A stretch of DNA of 64,000 nucleotides from Callorhinchus milii (taxonomy: Eukaryota): positions 113,276,001 through 113,340,000 of the forward strand of contig NW_024704742.1 of assembly GCF_018977255.1 (NCBI RefSeq), read 5' to 3'. This document shows, piece after piece, positions 1-13,196 of the stretch. The notes beneath the pieces were generated by a model. The model saw nothing but the letters and a program-made list of their open reading frames with translations. It searched no databases and was not told the DNA's origin. The translations under genes were made by a program, and so were the position numbers. The stretch's first letter is position 1; every line of letters starts with the position of its first letter.

Positions 1-184
1 CAGAATTCACATTAACCTGTGTACTCCAAGCCAAATCACTACAGTGAGCACTCAAATATGTACTTCCCCATTCTTCTACATGACAAAGCAAACTCTGACT
101 CTGGGGAAAAAATGTTGGCCATATTGCCTAACTCAAAAGTGTTTTTTTCTTAATTAAGGAGTTAGTTTGGCCATGTAAATGTCA

Positions 185-625
185 CAACGTTGGTAGCATT
201 CTCGCCTCTGAGTCAGAAAATTGTGGTTTGAAGATTATGTAGGGATTTTGAGCTCACTGTCTAAGCTGACACCCCAGTAGAGTCCTGGGGGACTGCTGCA
301 TTGTTGGAGGTGCCGTCCTTAAAATTAGATGTTAAACCAATATCCAATCTGTCTGTTCCGTTGCATATTAAGGATCCCATGGGATGGCTGTATTTCAAAA
401 ATGAAAGGAGTTTCTCCCAATATCCTGGCCAACAATCCCCAAAATTAATTGGGTATTTACTTCATGGCTGTTTGTGGGACATTACTGTGTATGAATTGGC
501 TGCAATGTTTGCCTTCAAAATACACAGTTGCTACCCTTTATAGTAAATCCTGTGAAGCGCTTGGAGACATTTCAACAATTTAGTAAGTCACTATATTAAA
601 TGCAAGGATTTTTATTATTATTATA
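185..625 (+). mobile_element. DeuSINE-like SINE (SacSINE1-like), near full length, decayed
   Basis: It has a tRNA-like head (ggtagcattctcgcctctgagtcaga), the core 'gctgtttgtgggacat..aattggctgc' and the tail 'aagcgc..aaatgcaagg(att)n'. It aligns by eye with the copies at 25505, 32040 and 51311. Confidence 0.75.
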
Positions 626-1092
626 GGTAACTTATGATTGCAATAAATAATAAGGTTAAAGCAGGTTTTTTAGGAAAGGAAATTGAGATATCTTATTTAC
701 TGAGGCCTTTGACGACTGACAATTTATGGACAGTTAAAAGGTTAGCTAGAAATTTGCTGCATTTTCAAATAGAGATTAGGTACACCACTTTCATGACATC
801 TGGAGTCTTTCCTGTTAAATCTTAAACATGCAATTTGAGTTATTTCTTGGCAGAATAGAAACATGAACAGATTTGTGGATTATTAAAATGAGTTTTAGTG
901 ATCAGTCCTGATGCCTTGAGCCTAGCCAGTCAAGCAATTAAAACCAAATTTTTGGTCACAACGAGTGCAGTTTTGTCCATTCTCAGCAGATCACCCTGGC
1001 AATTAAATTCCAATGTAAGGAATGAAATTTACAACGTAAGAATCATGTGCCTCAGATTAAAAACATGGCGGACGCTAGGACCAGGATGAGCA

Positions 1093-1111
1093 TGCTGCCA
1101 CCTGGTGGCAA
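1093..1111 (-). promoter_or_regulatory. Candidate CTCF site (palindromic)
   Basis: The minus strand reads TTGCCACCAGGTGGCAGCA, matching the CTCF core CCASYAGRKGGCRS. It lies outside recognisable repeats. Confidence 0.5.
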
Positions 1112-1639
1112 ACATTAAGGCCGTGTTCTTAGTTGTAGCTAAGAAATACTACCAAGGTTTTATCCCAATAATGGCAGATCAATGGTAGGTAATGGATAAG
1201 AGGACACAGGATCAGGGCTGTAGTGGTTAATTTAAGCGCAAAAACCAGGAAGCTTTTCTTTATACAGAAGGAAATTGGAATAGGTTACGTGGAAGGACGG
1301 CAGAGGTCAGCACACGGGACCTATCAGAGAAAGAGTTTGATGCTGTAATGGATAGATGGTAAGATTGGTATTCCAGTTATATCACCCTGTATTCTTTTCC
1401 TCCTCCCTATATCCTCGTGTAAGAAAAACCCATCACATTGTGTTCTCCTTTAGTTTATTCTTTCTCAGGACATTGGCACTGTGGTCACAATAAATGTTTC
1501 CTTTCTAAGACTACTTTTCTTCTTCCCTGTATTCTGTAGCAGAAGCGAGATGGATTGATTTCAAAATGGAACACAGTATCTCTAGATTCTGGTTTAACAA
1601 AGAACTTGTGTAATTCAAATTTTCAAGAAAATTCATAAT

Positions 1640-3035
1640 TTTAATAATAATAATAATCCTTGCAGTTTGACATAGTGCTTTTCACATCTTCTAGAAATCT
1701 CAAAGCGCTTCACAGAATATACTGTAAAGTGAATTGACTGTATATTTGTGGGCGAAACGCAGCAGCCAATTGCGCACAGCAACAACAACAACAAGAAAAT
1801 TACATTTGTATAGCGTCTTTCACATCGGGAGGACGTCCCAAGTCGCTGGACAGCGTGAAACTTTTCAGACCCGAGCTGGGGTCGGGGGGAGAAGGGAGGG
1901 GAGGGGAAGGGGGGTGACCAATGGCATGGTTGAAGAGGAGGGTTTCGAAACGGCACTTGAAGGAGGCTAAGGAGGAGGCGAGGCGGAGTGATTGGGGGAT
2001 GGAGTTCCAAAGGTTGGGGGCAGAGTGGCTGAAGGTTCTCCCGCCAATGGTGGGGCGGGTGGGTCGGGGGACATGGAGCAGGCCGGAGCCGGCTGAGCAT
2101 AGTCGAGCCTGGAGGTGATGAAGGCATGAACAAGAGTTTCAGCGGCCTGAGGGTTGATGTAGTGGCAGAGTCGGGTGATGTTACGGAGGTGAGGGAAGTC
2201 AGAGCAGGTCATGGCTTGGATGTGGGGAAGAAAAGACATTTGAGGGGCGAACAAGACACCTAGGTTCCTGACTGGCTTGGTGAGTTGTAGTGTGCAACCA
2301 TGGAGGTTGATGTTGCCAGAGCTTGAGGTGCAGAGGCGCTGGCGAGAGCCAATCAGGAGGGCCTCAGTCTTGTTCACATTCAACTGTAGGAAGTTTGCCC
2401 TCATCCAGGACTTGATGTCCGACAGGCAGTCTGTCAGGACAGCAGTGATCCTGGAGTTGAGGGTGGAGTTAGAAAGGTAGAGTTGGGTGTCATCCACATA
2501 CATGTGGAAGTTTACCCCGTGTCTGCGGATAATGTCACCAAGGGGGACCATGTAGATATTAAAGAGGAGAGGGCCAAGGACAGAGCCCTGGGGGACGCCA
2601 GACGTGACAGTGCGGGGGCTGGAGGAGAAACCGTTAGAGGCAACAAAGTGGAGATGGTGAGAGAGATAGGAATCGAACCAGGCAAGGGCAGGTCCGCAAA
2701 GATTGAGTAAGGAGGAGAGATGGTGTATGAGGATGGAGTTGTCGACAGTGTCAAAGGCGGCAGAGAGGTCGAGGAGGACAAGGAGGCAGAGGGAGCCCTG
2801 ATCACTGATGACCAGGGCTGTTTCCGTGCTGTGGGCAGCACGGAAGCCAGATTGGAGGGGTTCAAAGAGGGAATGGCGAGAGAGAAAGGAGCGGAGTTGG
2901 GATGTGATGACTCATTCCAGGACCTTGGAGATGAATGGGCGGTTAGAGATTGGGCGGTAGCTGGAGAGCAGTGTCCCACAAACAGTCATGGATTGAAGTA
3001 ACCAATTTAGTATTTTTTTTCTTGAGGGATGATTC
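1640..3035 (-). mobile_element. 3' half of the young SINE (1640-1781 plus 2967-3035), split by an L2 insertion
   Basis: The SINE core gcgcac-agca-gtgtcccacaaacagtc is interrupted, with 'agca' on both sides of the L2. The tail loop is the TAGAA type. Confidence 0.8.
1782..2966 (-). mobile_element. L2-clade LINE, 5'-truncated and internally deleted ORF2 (RT) with 3' UTR and (TTG)n tail
   Basis: ORF 1967-2551 contains 'IIRRHGVNFHMYVDDTQLYLS..WMRANFLQLNVNKTE..VHAFITSRLDY'. It is frameshifted, and the tail ends aaatgtaattttc(ttg)n. Confidence 0.92.
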
Positions 3036-4524
3036 ATATTTATGTGAGTTTTTTTGTTGGTCATTATGTTCAAGTGGACATTAAAACTGGTTAGTCATGT
3101 CGGAAAAACTAAAGCCTTGACTATAAACCCAGTGGAAACTTTCTATATCATTGGGAGCATATTTTTCCATTAGCAATTTAAATAGTGCAAGAAAAACAGA
3201 ATACCTCTTCAAATACAACTCCTACGGGTTGTACTATGACAGACTCTCTCTCTGTTGCATTCCTAAAATACAAGTTTGCCTGTTTATTTCTAGTCCGGGT
3301 TTTTCTATGTTTACAGAAATAATATTTTACCTTTCAAATGTAAGGCAAGCATCTGTTTACACATAGCCGTTTGATTGAAGCAATGTGGAACCAAATCATT
3401 CACTCTTTTGAAGCGATTTCTGGAGAGAGAAGGGAAGAAGTTTAAGTCAGACGTAATTAGTTATCTTAGATTAGAAAAAGGGAAAAGCTTGGGAGCTACA
3501 TCTAAGAACACACACAAGCTCTCTTAACCACAACCAGATGCTAGTTCAAATTCTACTATTATTAAGAGCTGGGAGAGCAACCATTCCTGATGGGTAACTA
3601 TTGTGAAATCGATTGCGGTAAAAGGCAGTTTATACTACAGGAGCTCAAGACTCAAAATTTAATTCATACTTGTAAAACTTGATCAGTGATCAATAACGTT
3701 GCAAGTTACAACATATGTACATTGCATCTGTAGTGGATGCTGCCTTTTTTTCAGATTTATTGCCCTTCTGTTGATGAAGGCTGTGTATTGTTAGCGCACC
3801 ATCAGGCGATTAATTTGTTGTGATGAGAACTAACCGGAGATGGCATGAACACATCTGATATACTTAAAGGGAAAATAAAATCTAGAGAAAACCCTTTTCC
3901 ACTGGAAGTACTCGCTCTAACTAGGGACACTTTTCTGGTCACTGCCAATGTCAGTTCCACACAAGTTGATGTTAGTGGCAACCTGATGACCTGGAGGTTG
4001 ACTATTATTTAGCATTGTGAATTGGCCAGCACAAAGGAAGCTTTACGGGCATGCTCTGATTTACATTGACTGCAGAAACCCTGACTGGTATCCTTTATCC
4101 GTATAAAGCGGGTTGAGATTTCTGGATCCCAACTACCTCATTATAACTGGGCTCCACTGTAATTATTTTACAGATATCTGTACTATGGCGTCTCACACAT
4201 AATCCTTCTCCTGACACTTCACCTTAATAGGAATTCAGTCTCATACGTGTCTTTCTCCAAGAAAAGTCTTCCTGGAAATCCTGAAATGATTGGTTGGGAT
4301 TTTCTTGTTCAGTTTGGTAGCTAAAGTTAGATAGTCAAGAAAATTTAACATTTGAACCAACAAACTGCTAGCTTGTAGCAAATCCAGAATAGTGATGATT
4401 TTTAGTCTCGTTAGCAAAAAATTGTGATTCCCTCGATACTTGACACAAACTTGAAAGAGTCGCCCTTCACATTGTTAAATCTTTCAGAGTTTCAGAGTGT
4501 TTCTGTCTTGCTTTCATGCGACTG

Positions 4525-4597
4525 TCAGGAAGGTGGAAAATGAACTAGATAGACCTTGGTCTTTTTTCATCTAGCATTTCTTATGTTATGTTATGTT
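4525..4597 (+). mobile_element. CR1-type 3' tail fragment (second copy at 58872-58943)
   Basis: Both share 'caggaaggtggaa..aactagat.gaccttggtcttt.ttc.tctag.atttcttatgtt' and end in a short (ttcttatg)-like repeat. Confidence 0.55.
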
Positions 4598-7014
4598 TTG
4601 GGGATCACTATTTGACTGATATTGAATTCTCTTTCCAGCATAATATAACTTAACATTCAAAAGTTTTTTCAAAGTTTCTATTTTTTCGTTTGGCTGTTCT
4701 GTGCTATCCTCAATTGCAAATATATGTAAATGGCTGTCAATTGAAATATGCCTGGTTTCTATAACTCAACCTGTATTCCTAGCTTCGGTTGTCATTTAGT
4801 GGTACTGGGATTTAGTGCTATGCACTCTTTATTTAGCAGAGAGAAAAAAATGCTAGTGTAAACATAGGCTACCCGGTTCATGCTGAGTTATGAGTTGACA
4901 ATTCTTCACTCATATGCCTAGTCAGTAATTACCAAGACTGTTTAGTTATGGGGAAGAGTAACAAAGCCAAACCCAACCCTGTCCTCACCTAAGATCTTTC
5001 TATTTATTAGACGTTTACTTCCCGCTTCTCAACTTCTATTTGTTGATGCCAATTTAGCATTCTATTTACACCCTACCTGAAACTGGGTAACTGAGAGCAG
5101 AGTGAAATTGAACCTGGTACCTTCATTGTTTCTGTGGCTTAGTAAAATGGCACATGAAGTGTGAGGGACGAGGGGGAGAAGAGAAAGAAACAAGAAGACA
5201 GTAATTTGTAACAGGAGAAGCTTGTGCCTAGTATTCTTCTGTACCATTTCTTACAGTGTTAAGGTATATGTGTGTGTGTAATACACACTAGGTGTTTAGT
5301 GGAACTTGATTATCTACCAAAATAGAGAGAAATTTGCTGTGGAAAATTGAAATTAGTAGATAATTGAAGTTCCATATATTCTAAGTGCTATTTATTTTTG
5401 CACACCATAGTATTTTTAACTAAGAAAATCTATTTACATTTGATTTCCAGAAAACTCCCAACCACCACCCTTCTTCTGTTTATATTACACAGTTTGATGC
5501 AATTTTATATCCCTGTAGTACAACATGCTGTAATATTGATCAGCCGCTTTGCTTCAGAGGATCTTGGACTTTCATTGAATACATTGAAGCACTTTAAAGG
5601 TTCGCTAAACACGTTCTTGTTTAGAATTCATGGCATATTTTGACCTTTGCAGTGTTATAGGTAGCGATGGCGTGCAGTTTGCTGTGTGGGGTTTGCAAAC
5701 GGCTGTAGCCTGGGAGATGATCGAATTATCTACCTTGTTGATTATGGTGGAAAATAGAAATCCCATCACACATGAAATATAAAACAAAACATAACAAACG
5801 TGATATTTATTCTTAGTTTTCACATTGTGTTATCATTGCTTTTGTTTTGGTGTCAGTGAAATATTCCTGTTGAAACTGTAGTGCGGTTTTCAACAAAGGC
5901 TATGGCAATTGACAAGATTCCAAGAATATAATGAGACAAAAGCAATAGTTATTACAGTTTATGATTTAAACCATTCTTCTGGACATGTTCCAGATGGATT
6001 AATCTCTCCATTCTATACCAGCGGCAAGTTTGTATCCTTCCACACTCTCTAATCAAGAATGTCATTGGCTTCATAAAAGATTACACAGAGTCTGCATTTC
6101 TCATGTTTGATGAATGTACAGCTCCAAATGAGGAGTTCAGTTCAAGTATGGCTACATAGTGATTTATTTAAAAAAAACATTGAAAATCATAATCATGGGT
6201 TCGCTGTGCCATTTCACCTTGTCACCTTCACCTTTGTATAGTTTTTACCCACACATCCTCATCCCGCTCCCTATTCTCTCTATTGCGAATAAATCAGGAT
6301 CTTTGATCCTCTTTTCATATCTCAGTTATGTAAGCTTCAGAAACACCGTTGTTGCGCTTGGAAAAACCATAGGCTCCCAAAGGATTACAAGATCTACACC
6401 ATTCAAAAATCATTGAAATATTGCAGGACTGGGAGAATGACAGCTATTTTATAAATGACAGAAAGGGTGTGAACATCCATTCTTGTTGGTGTTTTGGTAG
6501 CTCCATAACTCAATGTTGAAACTGTGACATTTACTAACTCAGCAGTTTCTACTCACTACTATCTTTATGTAATATGGTCATTAATATATTTATTGTATCC
6601 ATTATTTAGTTTAGAAATGTAATCCACTACCTCCCATATTTTAACTCTTTTTTTCCCCATTCTCTGCTATTGTTGAAGTGCAGTTTTGGCAGACGATTCT
6701 GTATTAACCTTTGAAAGGACTTGCACATCTTTATTGCACTAAAAATGAACTTAAGAAACAGTATTCAAAAGTTCCTTAATAACTCAAGTTTATTCAGTGA
6801 GAAGCTGAGCCATATACACAATAAAGATTCCCGTTTTGCCAGAATTGTACCGGGTTCCATTGGTTTCCCGTCTCTGACAGGATCGATTTCAAAATCCTTG
6901 CCCTCATATACAAATCCCTTCAATCCCTTGCACCTCCCTACCTCTTTGGCCTACTTACATCCCACTTTTTTGCTCGACCCCTTTGCTCAGCTAGCACAGC
7001 TAGCAAGTTGTTGT

Positions 7015-7330
7015 TGCTGAGTTGACTGATCTCAGCCAGGGATGCACTTGGGGTAGGCAGCTATAATTAGCCTCAACAGCCCAGTTTATAAAGAAGAAAT
7101 TTGTATAGAATTGCTGCTCATTGTTACTAGCGGTCGCTGGTCAGTCTTCACTATGTGAACACCATCTGAAGGCAGGATCAAGCACAACTATGATGCCCCC
7201 CCCACCCCGTGCTCAAGTAGCTTGCTGACACTTGCATTATGGTGATTATGAATGAATATTGGCGTCTAGAGCAAGATAAGGAGAGCAAACAACACTTGTG
7301 GAACTGCACTGCACAGGAATTGAGCAACTT
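7015..7330 (+). repeat. Old SINE-like interspersed repeat (related pieces at ~4875-5000, ~7880-8060, ~41735-41975)
   Basis: Shared words include 'tgctgagtt..ctgatctcagc' and 'caagg.tcac..atgaa'. The copies are highly diverged. Confidence 0.45.
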
Positions 7331-8477
7331 CTAGACAGAAGTGAGAACTGGAGGAGAAAATGGGTGTGGAAGAAGACATTATTCAAATAACTAATTTAAC
7401 TACAATCAGAAAACAAAAGGGATTAGAAATGCAGTTTTTATAATTCCCTTCAAAAGATTATATACAAAGTGGCTCTGAATTTTGGGTTTGGTTCATTTGG
7501 AAACAATATTTTTGTCCATAATCTTTTTATTTTTTAATCCATTCTGCTTTTCCAACATTAGGGCTGCAATGCATTATACAGGAGTAAAATACACTTTAAT
7601 TTGCTTACCTAATTCAGGAAAGTATTAGGTGCAGGTTGGCAACAGCCAAGGCTTGGGTACCCCAGTATGTGCATTGGGCTACTGCTGGGGTATGTTTATA
7701 TCATGAGTGAGAGCTTAGTAAGTATTTTTTGAATGTTTTTGAAGTTATTTAGGATGATATTCTTCATAAAACACGTAGTGAAAATAAGTGCTTCTACACT
7801 TTTAATATGTTGTTTCCCCTGACTCTATTAAGTGCAACAGGCAGTTTGCCTGCAGTCATGTGAATTTCCTTCAGTAACCAGACCCAGACTGTTATTTCCA
7901 AATCCAAGGCTTCTAACAGCCTGATCGCTAAAACAGCAACACTTGCTGGAAATGTTCATGTTACGTGAGGGGAGAGTGAGGCTTGCCTGTGTGAATGTCC
8001 ACAGCAATAAAATAGCCCACTATTACTCAATAACAAGGTTCACACATGAATAACAATCACAGCATCCAAAGCTCAATAAGCAGTCATTGCCATTACGAGG
8101 TCGAGGAAAGGGAGACAATTTAAGGAGAATTTATTAAAAAAAATAGAATTGCCTTAAACTCAGTTTAAAGGTGCACTTTATGAAAGGGGTAATATGCACT
8201 TTTAACTAAGTAGCAATTTTTTCATCACACTGTCACGTTCGCGTGATAAGTGCTTGAGGGATATTTACTACAGCTCGCGGGTACATAGTAAGTTCACTTG
8301 TACATTCACTAATATTAGTGAACGTTGTGCTTTGATTTCAGTTTAGAATTGTAAATGCACGTCTTAAAATTTTCTAATGGATTAATTTGTAGGTTTCACC
8401 ATCATTAGACTTGCAATGTTAATTTAGATGGCCAAAAATGTAATTATTTTTACTTTCCTTCCCACCACCCACCACAG

Positions 8478-8633
8478 ATTAACCTGCAACGCACAATGAG
8501 AATCACAGGACTGATAACTCAGGGTGCAAAGAGACTTGGGAGTCCAGAGTATGTGAAATCTTACAAGATTGCTTACAGTAAAGATGGCAAGAGCTGGATG
8601 ACTCACAAAATAAAAGGCACCCATGATGACAAG
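8478..8633 (+). CDS. EDIL3: EDIL3 internal coding exon (discoidin domain 1, middle part), 156 bp, phase 0-0; absent from the ORF track
   Basis: Junctions are cag|ATT and AAG|gtaagc. It translates as [52 protein letters not shown], the F5/8C 'TGxITQGA..YK.AYS.DG..W' signature, close to vertebrate EDIL3 as I recall it. Confidence 0.96.
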
Positions 8634-10094
8634 GTAAGCTGAAATAATTTAAGGTGCTTTTTCAATAATGCGATTAGCTCTTTGGCCTATTTGATCTTGT
8701 CCTTCTGGAACACCCAGCCTACCGTGCGCCCATTACAGCATCAAGCTAATTTTAAATCAGTCCAATGTCCTTTTCTGGTGAAGTGTTCCAGTCTCTTGAG
8801 TCAATAAATAAGACTCCAGATAAAGAAATACATGATGGATTTATGTAGATGGCTCCAAGACAAGTGCTCTGGGATGTTACTCTGGGTTAAAGGCCCAATA
8901 TAAATGCAAGTTATTGTTGTATCACTTTTGTATACATTTGCAACATTTTAAGTTGGCATTTATTGGAATGAAACACAAACCTGTGATCCACCTTTAAGTT
9001 CATTTGAATAATTTGGCTGGTTTATTGAGAGGAGTTAAGTTACTTCCAATGGCTTGTGTTTCCATTGCCCCATTGCAACTTTTACAATTTTGTTTCCTTT
9101 TTATTTTACATTAAAGTTGTGCAGAATATAAACAACCTCAGGCCTCAGGTATTTACTCTGCACATTTTAATGGCCATGAAAGTGTGTAGATTGGTTAATG
9201 GTACCTGAGTTTTTATATCTGATGTGACCTAACATAATGTATGATTTTCTGCTGCCTGTCTGTGCTGGGAGGTAATGTGCTTGGCTAGCTCTCAAAGTCT
9301 TGACAAATGGTTTACGAAGCCTTGTGGATGATCAGTAAACCATATATTTTGAACATCTCAATGCACTTTTACTCAGTCCTTATAACAACCTTAAAGAACA
9401 GCTCTTGCCATCAGTAACTAGTTTCACATGATATATTTTAATTTTAATATAATATAATTTTGCATAGAGTATTTTTTAGCTTTGTTTCCTGCTGAGTTGC
9501 TGTGGTGATGATATTGTTTCCTTTGGAGGAAGTATTGAGACTTGACAGTGTGAAGGAGCTAAGGTATTGCAAACAATCAGACATGAAGCAGCACTGGGTG
9601 AATAATTAACATTTCTGCCAACATACAGGCAGGCTCCGTAACTCTTCCGAGCCAGTTTCCTGCGATGTCTTCAGCACTTGCTAGACGTAAGCTTCTCAAG
9701 TTGAAGAAGATTGGTGCTGAGCAATGAAATATTCATCCATTTCAGACACCTAAAGAAATAAAACAGATGAATCTTGGATTGTTAAGGGTATTGATGGTTG
9801 TAGGTAAAATGTATACATACAAGTCAACCATCTTCCCCAGATCTGAAGCACTCTGGTTAAAAAAATGTTTGCTTTCTGATACTTTTTCATTTGAGTTAGA
9901 TTTATTTTGATTTCTGTCAATATTTTCTGTACACATTTTGTAGATTTGCTCTTCTGTTTTATTTTTCAAATTTGCAATTAAAAGTTTTCTCAAATTCTCC
10001 ATTAGCCCTGTTTAGGCTTGTGAAGTATTCTGGACAAATTTTGCTTATGTGTACTGTTTGAAATAGATTGCTGTCCTATTTCATTAAGCTTCTT

Positions 10095-10432
10095 CTCCAG
10101 TGCAGTGCTGAGTGCTTTGCATTGTGAGAGGTGCTATCTTTCAGATGAAATGTTAAACTGAGATCTTATCTGCCTACCCAAGTGGGTGTTAAAGACCCGT
10201 GGCTCTATTCAAACTAAGAGAGGAGTTCCTTTCAGTGCCCTGGCAGCAATCTCCCGAATAAGATTGTTCATTCACTTCATGCCTATTTATGCGACATCAC
10301 TATGTGCAAATTGGCTGCCACGTTCGCCCACAAAATACTATATTTTACAGTAATCCTGTGATGCGCTTTGTAATGTCTTCCAACTTAAAAGGTGCTACAT
10401 CAAGAACAAGATTATTATCGTTGTTATTATTG
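10095..10432 (+). mobile_element. 5'-truncated DeuSINE-like SINE ending about 60 bp upstream of the 10493 exon
   Basis: It contains 'gaggtgctatctttcagatgaaatgttaaactgag..aaattggctgcc..caagattatt'. It accounts for the N-terminal half of ORF 10289-10687. Confidence 0.7.
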
Positions 10433-10492
10433 ATTTTGGGAAGAATCTTCAGAAATCGGTTGCATTTTCTTACTGAAATGTTCATGTTACAG

Positions 10493-10637
10493 ATTTTCCG
10501 TGGAAATGTTGATAACAATACCCCACATGCAAACTCCTTCAATCCTCCAATGGAAGCCCAGTACATCCGTCTGTACCCCCAGGTGTGCAGGAGACACTGT
10601 ACCTTGAGAATGGAACTGCTTGGCTGTGAGATGTCAG
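10493..10637 (+). CDS. EDIL3: EDIL3 internal coding exon (end of discoidin domain 1), 145 bp, phase 0-1
   Basis: Junctions are cag|ATT and TCAG|gtacca. It translates as [48 protein letters not shown](G), in frame with the previous exon. Confidence 0.97.
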
Positions 10638-12861
10638 GTACCATCAAATCTCAGCATTTTCTTGGTGCACGTCTGTCTTTAAAGTGATCAGCTATAAAAA
10701 GTTCTTTGTGCAATATGGTAGCGTAATGATCAAATGTTTAGCAAACTGAGTTTCCATGCACAGGTCTGTTCCACCTCATATAATTCCTATCAAAATTCCA
10801 GCAGTATCTGTGTTAATTAATCACATTGTTGCCAAGGAATTTGGTTACTGCTTGTTACCTTGTTTTTTACTCTGGAATAGTCAGCTTGTGTTAGCTTGGC
10901 AGTGGCCAAGGTGTAGTCCTCCTGCAACATCATAAAGCTTGACCACAATAAACTGTCTCAGTAGTGCATCGGTGCTGTTTGGGCATTTCCATTCATACAA
11001 ATGGTCACCTAAAGATCTACGTGAGGATTTCCATGGGATGAAGGTTAAATCTATTGGTCTAATGGCCTGGGACTATACAGAGGAAAATAAATCCACTATT
11101 ATTACTGCATAATGACGGAATGTCTTTAACAGGTAGAAGAAACCTTCAAGGCTTACAACACATTTTTTAGGGAAAAAAGCCTGAATCGGGGAGAAGCAAT
11201 GTTAAAAGAGATTATGTTTGGGCAACAGGGGATTTCTATAAAGTTATTGTCCAGGGAGAGGCCTAGTGAGGTGTAAGACTAATTGGTGTGAGTAGACTTA
11301 CGTCCAAAAGGAGTGACCAGATAGACAGTTTCCTTGTTATTGGTGCTCCACACAATTGACTGTTTTTGTAGTTAAATAAAAACCCATATTCATAGAATCA
11401 TAGAATATTAGAGCACAGAAGGCGGACATGCTACTTCAAGGGGTTAGTCTTGAGAGCCTCTCTAGAAGTTGGCAAAGCATTTTGTGGTTCCAAAGGGAGT
11501 CTTATTTTGAGACATCAATTGAGCAGACTTGCTCTCAGTGAGAACTTGAGAAATGGATGGGTTTTGGTGGCGTCTGAATACACTGGAGAATAGACCTTTC
11601 AGTTTTTTTCTCCAGTCGCTGAATCTTCTGTAGAAGTAAGTCAGGCTGCCTCTAACATTTCAGCAGTTGACACGGGCTCTGAGTATTATAAATGTCACTT
11701 TTTATGGATGATTTGATGCTCTGCATCATTGATTTCAGTGCAGAAACATTATGTTTGCTTGGATGCGTAGTGACATATGGAAAACTTCCAGTTATAAAAT
11801 AAATCAGGATTAGTTCATGCCACTTGCACCTTCTTCCTGCAGGGGGGTAGCTACTAGTTGTGTAAGTTTGGATCAAGCCTTAAAGAGGATGTTTAGTTGA
11901 CTGAATTACCTCTATAATCCCAAATGTTATAAATCAAACTGGCTCCACTTCTAAACGTCTCTCATGCCTCATTTATACTGCAGCAGTGTAGTGATTCACA
12001 GCGGGAAATACGATTTATATTTCATGCTTCAAGTAACTCTCGTGGGACTGAGGAGAGCTCTGTGCATATGTAGAGCTCCATTCATGGATGTCAAATACAA
12101 GTTCGTTTTTTTAATGATATTAAGGATCTGGTCATGAGTCAGCTTAATGGCAGTCAATTCAATGACTTCCCATTACCCACCCCGTCCCACTTGACCAGCA
12201 CATATAGTTTATTAAGTTTGAAAGTTCATTACAAATCTGATTTATAGTGATTTGTATTGCAGCCAATTTCATCCATTCCATTCGAAAGCCTCAATTCCAT
12301 TTGTGCAGCACAAATGGGATATTGCTCACTCCTTGTTGCCTTGTTTTTTATGGAACAGTCAGCTAGGAGCAGATTATTTGTGTTGTATTCCTCCTGCTGT
12401 AACATCATAAAGCTTGACTTCAGGAAAATTATGAAAGAGGAACACTGTCCACTATATTGGATGCAATATTCCTCACCAATGGGACATTGGGTCATCCAGC
12501 TTCCAGGCTATAAATCACCTTCCATTATTTCAGTATGAAAATAGTTGCCTCTATGTCTTGGTTGATCCCGTTTACAGGCGGCCACATTTGCTGCATATAA
12601 TACTTCCTCTGACACCTAAACACAATATGGTCCTGAATTTATGGAAAGCATTTAGTTGCAGCAGATGAGGTGGGAAGGTAGAAAATAATTCTTCAACACC
12701 TCATTCATAACAAAACTCAGGTGATGATTGTGTTTTTTAAAATAAAAGAAAGCCAATTCTATTTGAGTGTGTCGCAGAATGTTTGTACCACTTGGTTATT
12801 TGTAAGCAGTTTTCTTGCCTTTGCTTTGCTCTATTTTAAGCAATCTATTCTATTCTTTTAG

Positions 12862-13046
12862 GCTGTTCAGAGCCTCTGGGGATAAAATCAGGACATATCC
12901 AGGATTATCAGATTACTGCTTCCAGTATCTTTAGGACCCTAAATTTGGACATGTTTACATGGGAACCCAGCAAAGCTCGACTGGATAAACAAGGAAAGAT
13001 TAATGCCTGGACGTCAGGGCGCAGCGATCAATCACAGTGGCTACAG
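12862..13046 (+). CDS. EDIL3: EDIL3 internal coding exon (start of discoidin domain 2), 185 bp, phase 1-0
   Basis: Junctions are tag|GC and CAG|gtacag. It translates as (G)[61 protein letters not shown], and the phase matches the upstream exon. Confidence 0.97.
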
Positions 13047-13133
13047 GTACAGTTTATCATTCGAAAGTCTATCAAGCCTCCATTACATAGTTTGATGCTT
13101 ATTGTTCCTCTACAACTAGGAATGCATTCATCC

Positions 13134-13196
13134 AGCGCCTTGGGATTTCCTCCCAATGTGAAAGGCGCTATACAAATGTAATTTGTTGTTGTTGTT
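13134..13196 (+). mobile_element. Tail-only L2 insertion (~60 bp), directly followed by a minus-strand DeuSINE-like fragment (~13225-13470)
   Basis: The sequence agcgccttgggatttcctcccaatgtgaaaggcgctatacaaatgtaatt(tgt)n matches the 3' end of the L2 at 1782. Confidence 0.7.

Noticed and set aside
10289..10492. N-terminal part of ORF 10289-10687 as coding sequence
   Set aside because: It is SINE and intron sequence read through upstream of the splice acceptor at 10492. Only 10493-10637 has discoidin similarity.
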